Assembly (NCBI GenBank): GCA_951406725.2
Contig: OX597816.1
Coordinates: 132,618,001 to 132,682,000 of the forward strand
DNA: 64,000 bases
Source of the DNA: Octopus vulgaris
Lineage: Eukaryota
Reading direction: 5' to 3'
Shown here: one piece after another, positions 52,755-64,000 of the stretch
Layout of the letters: the number at the start of each line of letters is the position of its first letter
How positions within the stretch are numbered: the first letter of the stretch is position 1
Translations under genes and position numbers: made by a program
The notes under the pieces: generated by a model
The model's input: only the letters and a program-made list of their open reading frames with translations
Database searches by the model: none
What the model was told of the DNA's origin: nothing

Positions 52755-52920
52755 GAGAGAGAACATTTAGCTGGAAGACAGAGTAAAGATTTACAGAGAG
52801 AAAAGGAGAAATTAAGAACAAAAAAAGATTAGATATTTAGAAAGAAGGGGAAAAGGAAAGTGAAGATTTAAAGACAAGAAAAGAGTGTAGATTGAAAGGG
52901 AGGAAGATAGAAAAGAATGT
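52200..52920. repeat. GA-rich low-complexity tract / degenerate (GA)n with a recurring gtgaagattta unit
   Basis: Directly visible. Confidence 0.8.
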
Positions 52921-54332
52921 GCAGAAGCAATGAATAAGAAATATGACATCTCTGTCAATGTTTCTTTTCCTCCAGAAATGGCTTCCTTATCAATGCTATT
53001 GATGGTTAGTTTAGTTACTATCTCTCAACATCATCTACCAACAGTAATATACCTTCAAACTTCCCTTCTTATCTCTTCTAATATTATGCTGTTACTAATG
53101 ACACTTTCCTCTTTAACTCATAAGGACTCTAAAATGACTAGGTGTATTTGACTGTCATATCATACATTCGTTAGGTCTTCCTTTTTTTTTTTTTACTTGA
53201 CTTTGTAGTATTAGTTAGTTGGTAGATATCAACTAAGGAAGATTCTACATAGTCTATGTCCTTTGAATTGGAACATGATGCTGCTCTGTTGTAATGTTAT
53301 TTTCCTAGCTATTGCTGAGATTCATTTACAGCAACGTGATATGAAGCGTTTTTGTTGTGCGTGCTACGAAATCCATGTCACCACAGTTATATCGCAATAC
53401 TACACAGTCGCTGTGTGTACTATCTCATCCTCATTGCCACTGTTATATCACACATTCTGATGACCTCTACTCAACTCCTGATGTCTAGACTTCTCCCTCT
53501 ATATCTACGTATTGGGCTAGCCTTCTTCATCGTCTGGCGGCATCCACACAACAGTTTCCTTAAAAACACAATGCACCAACCAGTCTGGCAATTGAAACCA
53601 TTATCTTGCAATTATGCATGCAGCATCTTAACCACTAGGTCATACACCTTCACTTTCACCACCAAGGATTGTTATTTAAATATATTTTCTCTTGAACTCC
53701 CAAGTTTTTAAAAGGCTGCTCTACTCAATAAACTGACTTTCTTAACCAACAACTTTCCTTTTCCTTCTCTCTATTGAAAGAAATATATATAACTGAGTAA
53801 TTACCATATTTTCCAGCATACAATTTGACATGGTATATAGTGTAAGCATGTAGTATAAGCATGCAAACATTGTCTCTATTTTTCTAAATCCTTCTGTATT
53901 TCACATGGACGTTTGGGTCCTCCAGAGTCATCTCAGTATATAAGTTGAGCTTCCTTTTTTGACTGTAAAATTTGGTCTGAAAAATTTGACTCCTATGCCA
54001 GAAAATGCACTATACATTTCAAACTTTTGAAAACACACTTTACAAAGCCTCAATATTACTTGCTGACCTCCCAAGTGCCTGAACGTGCCAGCATGGGACA
54101 CATCTTTCGTTTTGCATTCTATGACTTTCAACTGTCTTCTTACTAAATGATCTTCTCATTCAATATCTATAAAACAGTCATATAATTATCCTTTCCTTAT
54201 GTTTTCCTTTTCAGAGTAAACCATCAACAATGTTTAGCAATAAAGTAGTGTTACAATAAGGGACTCAAATTCTGCTGTAATTTTTATTGCAAAAATACTT
54301 AATCTTATCGTTAACAAGATGAATGTTTCTAT

Positions 54333-54563
54333 GGCGGCAAGCTGGCAGAAATGTTAGCACACTGGACAAAATGCTTAGCAGTATTTTGTCTGCCGTTACG
54401 TTCTGAGTTCAAATTCCGCCGAGGTCAACTTTGCCTTTCATCCTTACGGGGTCGATTAAATAAGTACCAGTTTCGCACTGGGGATCGATGTAATCGACTT
54501 AATCCATTTGTCTGTCCTTGTTTGTCCCCTCTGTGTGTAGCCCCTTGTGGGCAGTAAAGAAAT
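54333..54563 (+). mobile_element. Full-length tRNA-derived SINE with 17-bp TSD
   Basis: TSD AAGATGAATGTTTCTAT at 54316-54332 and 54564-54580. Confidence 0.92.
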
Positions 54564-55438
54564 AAGATGAATGTTTCTATTGCTATGGACGGCAAAGAAA
54601 TTATGTATACTCCCAGATAATTTGAAGTTTATATGAGGTGTTGGGGATCAGGTAGCTGCCATCATGTTTCTTGGAGTTAGCTAGTTAGGATGTGTTGTTG
54701 TTATAATCATAGTCCATTGTTTTGGTGTTGTGACTCATCCCTAGTTTGCTTGCTGGTAAACTGCTACCATTAGCTGACTGCCGTGTAGTGGCTAATATGC
54801 ACTGAATCTATGGCAATGCTTCTGGTCAGAGAGAGCATGCCAAAGATGAAATCATTATTAGATTCAGTTCCACAAGAAGTCTTGAATGGTTAGATATTTC
54901 GATAACATTGGTAACATTTGAGCAAATCACAACCATGTTCTTCAGTTGTTGCTTTTATTATAATTTTTTTGTTTTGCATTGTATATAGTAATCCAGGTTC
55001 AATTTCTAAGTTTTGCAATTGCTAAATATTCTTGCTACAATAATATAAGCATGGTTTACTTATTATAGCTGAAGGATAGTAGTGGTGAAGTGGTGGTAGT
55101 GCTGCTGCTACTGCTGCTACTGCACAGTGTTTCTTTCTCCTCTTGAATATCTCCATGTTTCAAAATTTCTAACAATACTTATTACAGCTGACTGATATCT
55201 ACATCTTGGAAACCGTATCTTGTCTGTTCATCACTTAATTATGTCTTTCAAGTCTTTTAACCAACTACATTAAATGTATGGGCTTATATGCATACATCTC
55301 CATCAAAGTACACGCACACTCACCCTCCCATATACATATATACATGCATGTTTCTTTCCATCTGTTTATATGTATGTATACACCTCTCTCTTTCTCTCTT
55401 CATATATATGTACACACACACACTCACACACAATATGT

Positions 55439-55493
<55 letters not shown>

Positions 55494-58445
55494 CACACAA
55501 AAGTAAAGAAAGGAGGGACGAACAGAAGGAACAAAGTGTAGCAGTGAGTGGGGTGGTCTCTTTAATTTTGTCTGGGACAATCTCTCAAGAATTGAAAGCA
55601 TTGTAAATGCACCCAGACAATGATGTAAAATGGTTGGCAATAAGAAAAATATCAAGCTTAAGAGCCATGCCAAAAATGGGAAAAGGATGAAGGAGAGACA
55701 TTGACTTTACAAGCCCTAATGGATGTGATTTCATTTTTTTTTCATTGAGTTGTTGCTATCTACTTAAATTGCAGGTCAGCCCTGATTGAAGGAACTCCAG
55801 CTGTGACCATTCCACTCATCTATATATACAGAACTACACTGCTAAATGTGGCCTTCCTTTGCTAAGATGGTAGGATGTGAGCTGAGGGATATTTGGCTGC
55901 AATTTCTTACACTTTAGAGTACACCATAGTAGCTCCTTCATTGAATGTCTCTTGTTGATATCCCAAAAATTGCTGAAGCTTGGATATCCAAATGATTTAT
56001 TCAATAATTACAAAGCATGATAGAGAAACAAAAAAAACTATTTCCTTCTTTGAAATTCTGTTTTAAGCAAGTTATGACTACGTATTCCATCACCATTCAA
56101 CATTATGTAACATGATGGGAATGTTACTGGTCATATGAAAAATTAAATCTGCCATATGGCAAACAAACGGAACTAGAATACACGGCCTGATGTTTCAACT
56201 TTCAGTACACTTACCCCAGATATTGGTAGATATAATAGTTGAGTGCAAAATGCCCTTAAATAACTGAGCATATATAAATGTAGGAATAAAATGTAGTTTT
56301 CTTTGGTTTTTATTCCTTAGATTTTTTTCTTTAATGTTGAGTTGAATGTTATTATAAGGAAATGGTAAGGAAGTGTTATTGAATGTAGCAAAAGGAAGAA
56401 AAAAGAAAAATTAAGGACAAGAATTTGAGGTGATTAGTGATGGTTTGCAGTCTCCTCCTAGTTCACAATCAGATTTAGCACTATTGTATTCAGTATTATA
56501 GCTATAATGATATTATTGAACTGTCTATATTTACAATCAATTGTTTCATCTGTTTTTATTCCATGGTGAGCATGCAAAGGTCATGAACACATGCCACCTA
56601 CACATTTCCATACCACTCCTTCTTCTCATCTTCTTTCCTCTTTTCCTTCCTTTTTTCTCATCTTCATTCCTCTCTTCTTCCTTCTTTCTTTCAAATAAGA
56701 TTAAAAAAATATGTTCAAATTCTCTCACAAATACAGGCATACCTCATCCTATGCAGGTAATTAGTTCCAAGACATGTGACTTGGCCACACTGGACAGTGT
56801 AGTTCTGTATATACAGATGAGTGGAATGGTCACAGTGGGAGTGCCTTCCATCAGGGATGACCTATGATGCAACAAGACATGTGACTTGAAAAATGATTTA
56901 ACATAAAAAGACATTTTTACAAATTCATTTTTAAAAATTCATCTGTTTTATTAAGTGGCTTGTACATATTTTCACACATATTTTATTTGGTTTTGTGCTT
57001 CATGGTAGGCTGTTTTTTTAAAATATTTAGATGTTTTTTAAAAATTTTCATGCTTTTAAATGTTCACTGAGACTAACATAAAGTTGCATAAACTGACAGA
57101 AGTTGAGGTTTATTTTTCTGTTAAATTCTTCAAAAAACGTAAAATCAAAAGAGACATAACTTGAAACAATGCAAGTTGAAATATGCCTGTTTTCTATTGA
57201 TACCTTTCACTTGTTAGTTTCTTCTTGCTGATCAAATACTCTATTATATCGGATGAATCTCAAACTAGCTGATATATCATTTGGACAATATACAATGATT
57301 AGAATTGCAGCCATTGGGACTGTATTGTATTGCTGGCATTGCAGTCATACAGTTCTATGGCAGGCAAGAATAATTATCAATATTAGATAAAAATCTAATG
57401 ATTATTCCAACTTAATGGAGAGTGAGAAAGTAGATCACTGAAAATGATCAGACTTTAGTTAATGAAAATTCTAGGTTTGTTTGCCCTTAGACATTCAGAA
57501 TAATTAGATATCACTAATTAATGCCTGAAGTTAAGATCAGGTCAACAGAAACTATTTGTAAATCCTGTACATTCAAAGGTTATTATGTTACAATTTGTTG
57601 GGTTTTTTATTATTCATATTTTTGCCTTGTTTTAATGCATTTGTAACAGAGGTTTGAATTTAGATCGTTTACATGTAGTTGTTATTTTTATTTAACTCCC
57701 AGATTTATCAAAGACATTCATCCAGTCTTCATACCATCTAGATTTTATTCAGGAATAATGTATCAAAAATTACATTATTCAATGTGTGCTTTTATTTTAA
57801 GGCAGTGGTGTAAGGTTTGAAGAAGATTTAGCTGCTCTTCCTATTCCTAGCAGATCAAGCAACCATATAGTGGCTTGCGGGTGTATGCATGTGTATGTGT
57901 GTTTGCAATATATATTAAAGTTGAAAAATAGGCATCAATCTGGTTGTGTGGTTACAAATTTTGCCATAGAAACATGTGGTTTTGATCCCATCCCACAGAG
58001 TGACACCTTAAACAGGTGTCTTTCGCTACAAGCTAACCATAGCTGTGTGAGTAAAGTTTTATGTGTGGAAACTATACAGAGGTCCACTGGGGCCATGTGG
58101 TTAGGAATAGGTGCAAATATAGTTGCAAATTCAGTTCCACCATGGACAAATGTTTTCTACTACAACCCAGCGCTGACCAAAATCTTGTGAATGGATTTGG
58201 TAGAAAGAAACTGAAAGAAACCTATTCCCTCCTCTCTGTTAGGAAGCACAAGCACCTACACACATATGTACACACACGCCAGAAACATCTACAGACCAAA
58301 TTCAATCACATGACTTCAGTCAGCCTGAGGCTATAAGAGAAGTCATTTGCCCAAGGTGCCACCATTGGGGCTGAACTCAAAACCATGTGGCTGGGTAGCA
58401 AGCTTCCTAACCACACATCCACTTAATATATAAATGAGTAACGAA

Positions 58446-58479
<34 letters not shown>

Positions 58480-58481
<2 letters not shown>

Positions 58482-59638
58482 GAGTGTGATGGGTGAATTG
58501 TCGCCATTATCTTTCTTTGAAGATAGTCCACTATCTGCTTCATTGATGGCTGCAAGGTGCAATATCTTATTGCCTAGTGATATGTTCACAAAATTAAATG
58601 ATTTGAATAAGTTATTGCAAGGAAACAGAAAAACTTTCGTTGATTGTAAATCATTTATCACTACTTTCATTTTGAAATTGGTATTGTATAAGATTAACAT
58701 TTCAAAATGTCAATTCCATCAATTTCCACAACTTGATTCTTTGAAAGATGAATTGGTTGATGAGGATTTAGCTACATATCACAACTATTTACAATCATTG
58801 CATGATAACATGGTGGAGCAATTTCAAGATGTTATTGCGCTAAATATTCCAGATTAGTATAGCAATCCATTTGAAGTTGATGCAGTCAATTGTAAGGATG
58901 ATGTTCAGGAGGAATTGATAGAATTACAAAATGACAATGATGCCACAATGCGATATCGCCATAATGGCAAAGAAGGTTTGTGGTACTATCAGAGTATATT
59001 GAATTCCGAACCCATTCTGTGGAAACATCTGAAATTACTTTTGCTTGCCTTCCCTACCTCATATCTGGTTGCATCTGGTTTAGCCATGCAGGAACTTTAT
59101 TTCTCCATAAAAGAATTGGACTGGATGTGACATGAGGAGACTGGTGGCTGAAGTTGACAAGTTTGAAACTGAATGAATCTGCACTAGATGCATCGCACCA
59201 GACACATGGTTCTTATTAAAAAGTTTTATCCTTTTCCTTTGTAATACAATCATTAATTATTTTTACATCAGTAGTTCTGATCAGTGGTTCATTTGGAGAA
59301 AATGAAAATCAGTGTAAAAGAAAGTGCAAGATTCCAGAAGTTAATCTGTCTGCATAATATAGAGTTAACGTTAGAATTTTATTCGCACTAATGGCAAAAC
59401 TAAACCCACAATAAGGGATTTGTAAACAACCGCATATTTAGTCCAAATGGCACTAACAGGGTAACAAGTCTACGATATAGTGTGTGTGTCAAATGATACA
59501 AGGGGGTGTTTTACTAGGGTATTTTGTGTTGGTGGGGGGTTGTGTCAGGAGGTTTTTAACACAGGTGGGCAATGGAGCATTTTTTGGCTGATAGGTGGGC
59601 AATATTGCAATTTGGCAAGAAAAGTTTGGGAAACACTG
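58480..59638 (+). mobile_element. 5'-truncated hAT (Buster/Charlie) transposon remnant
   Basis: DMFTKLNDLNKLLQG...KLVLYK...FHQFPQL; dimerisation-region LLLAFPTSYL; 3' TIR AAAGTTTGGGAAACACTG followed by GTCTAAAC (central TA). Confidence 0.82.
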
Positions 59639-60446
59639 GTCTAAACCCTTGAAAGGTTTAGAGTGAAACAAGTAAAAGATAATACAAGATTAATTTATTT
59701 TTGCCAAAGTGTATTTAGAACTGCATTCATTATCCAACATGTTCTTTTATTTTCTCCAAGATAAGTGATAATATTTGATGTATTGTTAAATTAGCCACCA
59801 TGATTGTTGGTTCTTTATATGAAACTCATCATTGCCATTTTCCTGAATGTATTCTCTTATTCAGTCATTTTATTCATTCTTGTATGAAATATTGATGTCA
59901 CATTTGGACTGGTATTCCTTGATTAGGTTTCAAAGAGCACTTTTAACATCGTGAGCCCTGTTTTGGCAACTAAACTTCAACCCCTCTCTTCTGTTATCAT
60001 CATCATCATCATCATCATCACCATATAATGTCTGTTTTCCTTGCTGGCATGGGTTGGACGGTTTGACATGGAGGTAGCTAGCAGGGAGCTGTCTGTTGTG
60101 GCATGGGTTCTATGGCTGGATGCCCTTCCTAATGCCAACCACTTTACAGAGTGTGCTGGGTGCTTTTTATGTGCCACCAGCATGGGTGAATTAATGTAGT
60201 ATTGGCATGGGTACTTTTTAAGTGGCACCAGCACCTGAAAACACAAGCCTGTATGTGTAGAAGACAGCAATTTTATTTAGCTTGACATGTCTTGTCAAGT
60301 ACAGCAAATTGCCACATCTCCCAGTCCATTGTCATTTCCTCAGTGAAGCCCAGCATCTGAAGATCCTTTCTCACCCCTTTGTCCCATGTCTTCTTGGGTC
60401 TACTCCTTCCACAGGGACTCTCCACAATTAGAGCTCGGCACTTCTT

Positions 60447-60720
60447 TATGCATCACCATGGAATTGCTTCCTTATCTCTGTTCTATAAATACTTTCATAG
60501 TGGTTGTTCTTCACTACTCTCTCCTCTTCTGTCTCCTCTTATGGTTATTAATCAAGCAACTCATCTTTCTGCTAACTCTCATCCTTTTGTTGTGGTTGTC
60601 CCCATCTGTTAGAAGTATTTCTCTCCTTGTAGTTTTTGTCCTCAAATATCTGTTTTATGGAATTCTCTCACTTTTCATTTTAGACAATTATGATCTTAAT
60701 TCATTTAAATCTCATTAAAT
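60447..60720 (+). mobile_element. 3' fragment of a CR1/Jockey-group LINE
   Basis: ASLSLFYKYFHSGCSS...SHPF...LWNS...YDLNSFK type C-terminal motif, frameshifted. Confidence 0.55.
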
Positions 60721-62426
60721 TTATTCATATTTTTCTTTTGCAAGTACCAACAAATTAGATGGTTACTTTTGGACTGTTTTATTGTTGGTTCCTTGCTGCC
60801 TTCTAGGAAGTGACTTCCTGTAAAATAAGTATAAAAATAAAAACAAAAGAAATTTGGCTGCTATTTCTTGTAGGTTGATCGACCACTCAGAAGTTCTTTC
60901 ATTGGCTCTTATCATATCATGGCAGGTATGTTGCACAGCAACATAAGTCTTTCATTTCTTCACTTTTTCTTTTCCTCTTTTCTAATGATCAAATCAGATA
61001 ACAGAATAAACGGAAATCTCAGTTGTAACTTCAGGTCAAATGATTTTCTCTCTCCAGAGTCTCCTTCATTAGAAAATATAAGCAGTTCTCTAGCCTAAGC
61101 TAATGAAGTTAGATTTTTTTTTTTAACGAGATTAAATCTCATCACAGATGCAAAATCAATAATGGTACTACCTATTGATGTTGTTGTTGCTGTTGTTTAA
61201 TCTTAGGGTGACCAAGATTAGAGCATTCCTGTAATGACTATCATCTCATATAGCTGTGAAAGCATTCTAATCATGACAATCCCATTTATTTATTTATTTA
61301 TTATAGATGCTGGCATAGCAGTGTGGTTAAGAAGCTTGCTTTGCAACCATGTGGTTTTGGGTTCAGTCCTGCTGCATCGTACCTTGGGCATGTGTATTCC
61401 CTTATAGCCCAGAATGTTGTAGGTTTAAGTCTGTCTGTAGGCACATGTTCTTTGTGTAGTGCATCTGATCACTGTATACAATAAACTCATTATTGTTATC
61501 ATTATTATCATTGACAGCAACAAGCTGGCAGAATTGTTAGCACACCAGGCAAAATAGTTAGCTGCATTTTGTCTGTTTTTATTTTCTGAGTTCAAATTCT
61601 GCTGAGGTCAACTTTATCTTTCATCCTTTTGGGGTCAATAAAATAAGTACCAGTTGAACAAAGGGGCCAATGTAATCAACTATCCCCCAAAACTTGCTGG
61701 CCTTGTGCCAAAATTAGAAACCATTATCATTATTAGTATTGGCAGCAGCAAGCTGGCAGAATTGTCAGCATGCCGGACAAAGTGCTCAGCGGTATTTCGT
61801 CCATTTTAATATTCTGAGTTCAATTCCTGCCAAGGTCAACTTTGCCTCTCATCCTTTCAAGGTCGATAAAGTAAATACCAGTTGAGCACAAAATTGCAGG
61901 CCTTGTGCCTATAGCAGAAAAGAAAAGAATTATCTTTATTATTCCATCTTTTTTTGTCTTCTTGTATCTCATATTACTTTGTCTAATGTAGTCTTAGATG
62001 TCAATAGGATATAATTTAATATAAATTTGGTTGTTATTTATAACAGGCAAGACACAACATTAGAGTGAGGTTCCTTGTTGGGTGGGGTGGGGATGTATTA
62101 TGGTGCGGATATTAATATGATGGTGGGGAAGTTGATAGTATTATTGATTGTGATAGTGATAATGGTGGTGGTGGTGGTGTGGTGTTGCTATTTGTGTGAT
62201 GGTGATGATTAACCCTTTGGCATTTAAACCAGCCATATCTGGCCAAAATACTCTACCTGTTTAATGCTCAAACTGGCCAGCTTTGACCTCTCACACCAAC
62301 CCTACAATATTACTCTAAAAATTAACAGTTAGTTCATCAAAATCTCAAAGCCACAAACCAATGCATGATTAATTCAAAACAATGTGAATAATTAAGCAGA
62401 GTATATGACAGAGTAACCTGAATACT

Positions 62427-62808
62427 TTTCTACTTTAGGCACAAGGCCTGAAATTTTGGGGCTGGGGGCCAGTCAATTAGATCGATCCCAATATGCAAAT
62501 GGTACTTAATTTATCAACCCTGAAAGGATGAAAGGCAAAGTTGACCATGGCAGAATTTGAACTCAGAACATAAAAACAGATGAAATACCTATTTCTTTAC
62601 TACCCACAAGGGGCTAAACACAGAGAGGACAAACGGATTAATTCGATTATATCGACCCCAGTGCATAACTGGTACTTATTTAATCGACTCCGAAAGGATG
62701 AAAGACAAAGTCGACCTCAGCAGAATTTGAACTCAGAACGTAAAGACAGATGAAATACCGCAAAGCATTTCGCCTGGCATGCTAACATTTCTGCCAGCTT
62801 GCCACCCT
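62427..62808 (-). mobile_element. Dimeric tRNA-derived SINE with 17-bp TSD, inside a family A MITE
   Basis: TSD AGAGTAACCTGAATACT at 62410-62426 and 62809-62825; two tandem core units. Confidence 0.85.
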
Positions 62809-63393
62809 AGAGTAACCTGAATACTAAAAGATTAATGTTGTTGTTGTTGTTGTTGTTGTCGTTGTTGTTGCTGGTGATGGCGGTAGTGGATGTGATAAAA
62901 GCAGTGTTGTTGTTTAACCCTCAGTCAATGTTGATTGAACAGACATATGATCAAAATCATTCCACTTGTAGCCATCTAGTCTTCTTATGAATGTGTAGGT
63001 TTTAGATGGTAACATGATTTGAGGGAGATTTGTTATCTATTTCAAGCAGATCAGGCAATCAAACTGAGGCTCCTTCAATGGTGATGTTGGTGGCTATGAT
63101 GGTGTTAATGGTGACGGCAGTATCTTTCCTTACAGCCATCTCCTGTTGATATCATAACCTTTGATGATCAGTCAAGATGGAAGATATTCAGAAGACCCTA
63201 CTACATTTCCAATATACAAGTCATTAAAAGGGTCACTACATAGTCAATTAACCTGTTAGAAAAAGCAGCAAAATCTCCCTCCAATTTATGTTAAGAAGTT
63301 TGCTTCTCGACTACACGGTCCCAGGTTCAGTCATATTGATACCATCATAAAAATGGCATGAGACATTGCTGCTGCTGCTGCTACTGCTGTTGG

Positions 63394-63394
<1 letters not shown>

Positions 63395-63439
<45 letters not shown>

Positions 63440-63452
63440 CCATCACCATCAC

Positions 63453-63487
<35 letters not shown>

Positions 63488-63578
63488 CCATCATCCTCAT
63501 CATCATCATCATCATCACCATCATCCTCATCATCATCATCATCAGCAGCAGCAGCAGCATCACCATCACCATCATCAC

Positions 63579-63646
<68 letters not shown>

Positions 63647-63647
63647 G

Positions 63648-63688
<41 letters not shown>

Positions 63689-63828
63689 GCATCATCATCA
63701 TCATCATCATCAACATCATCACCACCATCATCATCATCATCATCATCATCATCACCACCATCACCACCACCACCACTGCCATACATACATACATACATAC
63801 ATACATACATACATACATACATACATAC
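63395..63828. repeat. Long (CAT)n/(CAC)n/(CAG)n trinucleotide tract followed by (CATA)n
   Basis: Directly visible; source of the poly-H/D/I/M ORFs. Confidence 0.95.
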
Positions 63829-64000
63829 AAGAAAAAGCAAAGTTACCAAAGTACTGATGACAATTCAAAACCAACAAGACCTGAGAGAGGAAGGCCTTTC
63901 CTTAGGGAAACATTTGATGTGGTGCAGTAAAATCTAAAAGGAAGCTGCAAGGACGACTTCTCTGCTGACCATCAGCCAAAACAAAAATATTGCAATATGG

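Noticed and set aside
53290-53640. Non-repetitive GC-richer segment with ORFs 53263-53460 and 53352-53711
   Set aside because: No recognisable protein motif, splice pattern or termini; cannot be assigned.
58480-59130. Domesticated ZBED/SCAND3-like host gene
   Set aside because: In-frame stop, frameshift, 5' truncation and a retained TIR indicate a dead hAT copy.
63331-63930. Poly-His/Asp/Ile/Met ORFs of 150-190 aa
   Set aside because: These are translations of a (CAT)n microsatellite, with no splice signals or non-repetitive coding content.

Overview
AT-rich, microsatellite- and transposon-dense animal genomic DNA; the SINE families suggest a coleoid cephalopod (probably an octopus; inference). 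The only host gene I can support is the 3' part of RALGAPB (Ral GTPase-activating protein beta subunit) on the + strand. It has 13 GT-AG exons between 5705 and the TGA at 28410, which splice in phase into 623 codons; the upstream exons were not found in the window. The introns and the 35 kb downstream consist of tRNA-derived SINEs, RTE and other LINE fragments, mariner, hAT, pogo-like and TTAA-flanked MITEs, Penelope-like remnants and long simple repeats. Most ORFs in the supplied track are microsatellite or repeat artefacts. The most notable observations are: (1) two separate U6 snRNA copies, each fused directly to the 5' head of the same tRNA-derived SINE family, one of them demonstrably inserted as a single unit; (2) a Penelope-type minimal hammerhead ribozyme at 38426-38503; (3) a 5'-inverted RTE-like insertion bounded by a 12-bp TSD (twin-priming-like); (4) fold-back retroelement remnants that appear to carry and seed (TA)n/(TAA)n microsatellites.
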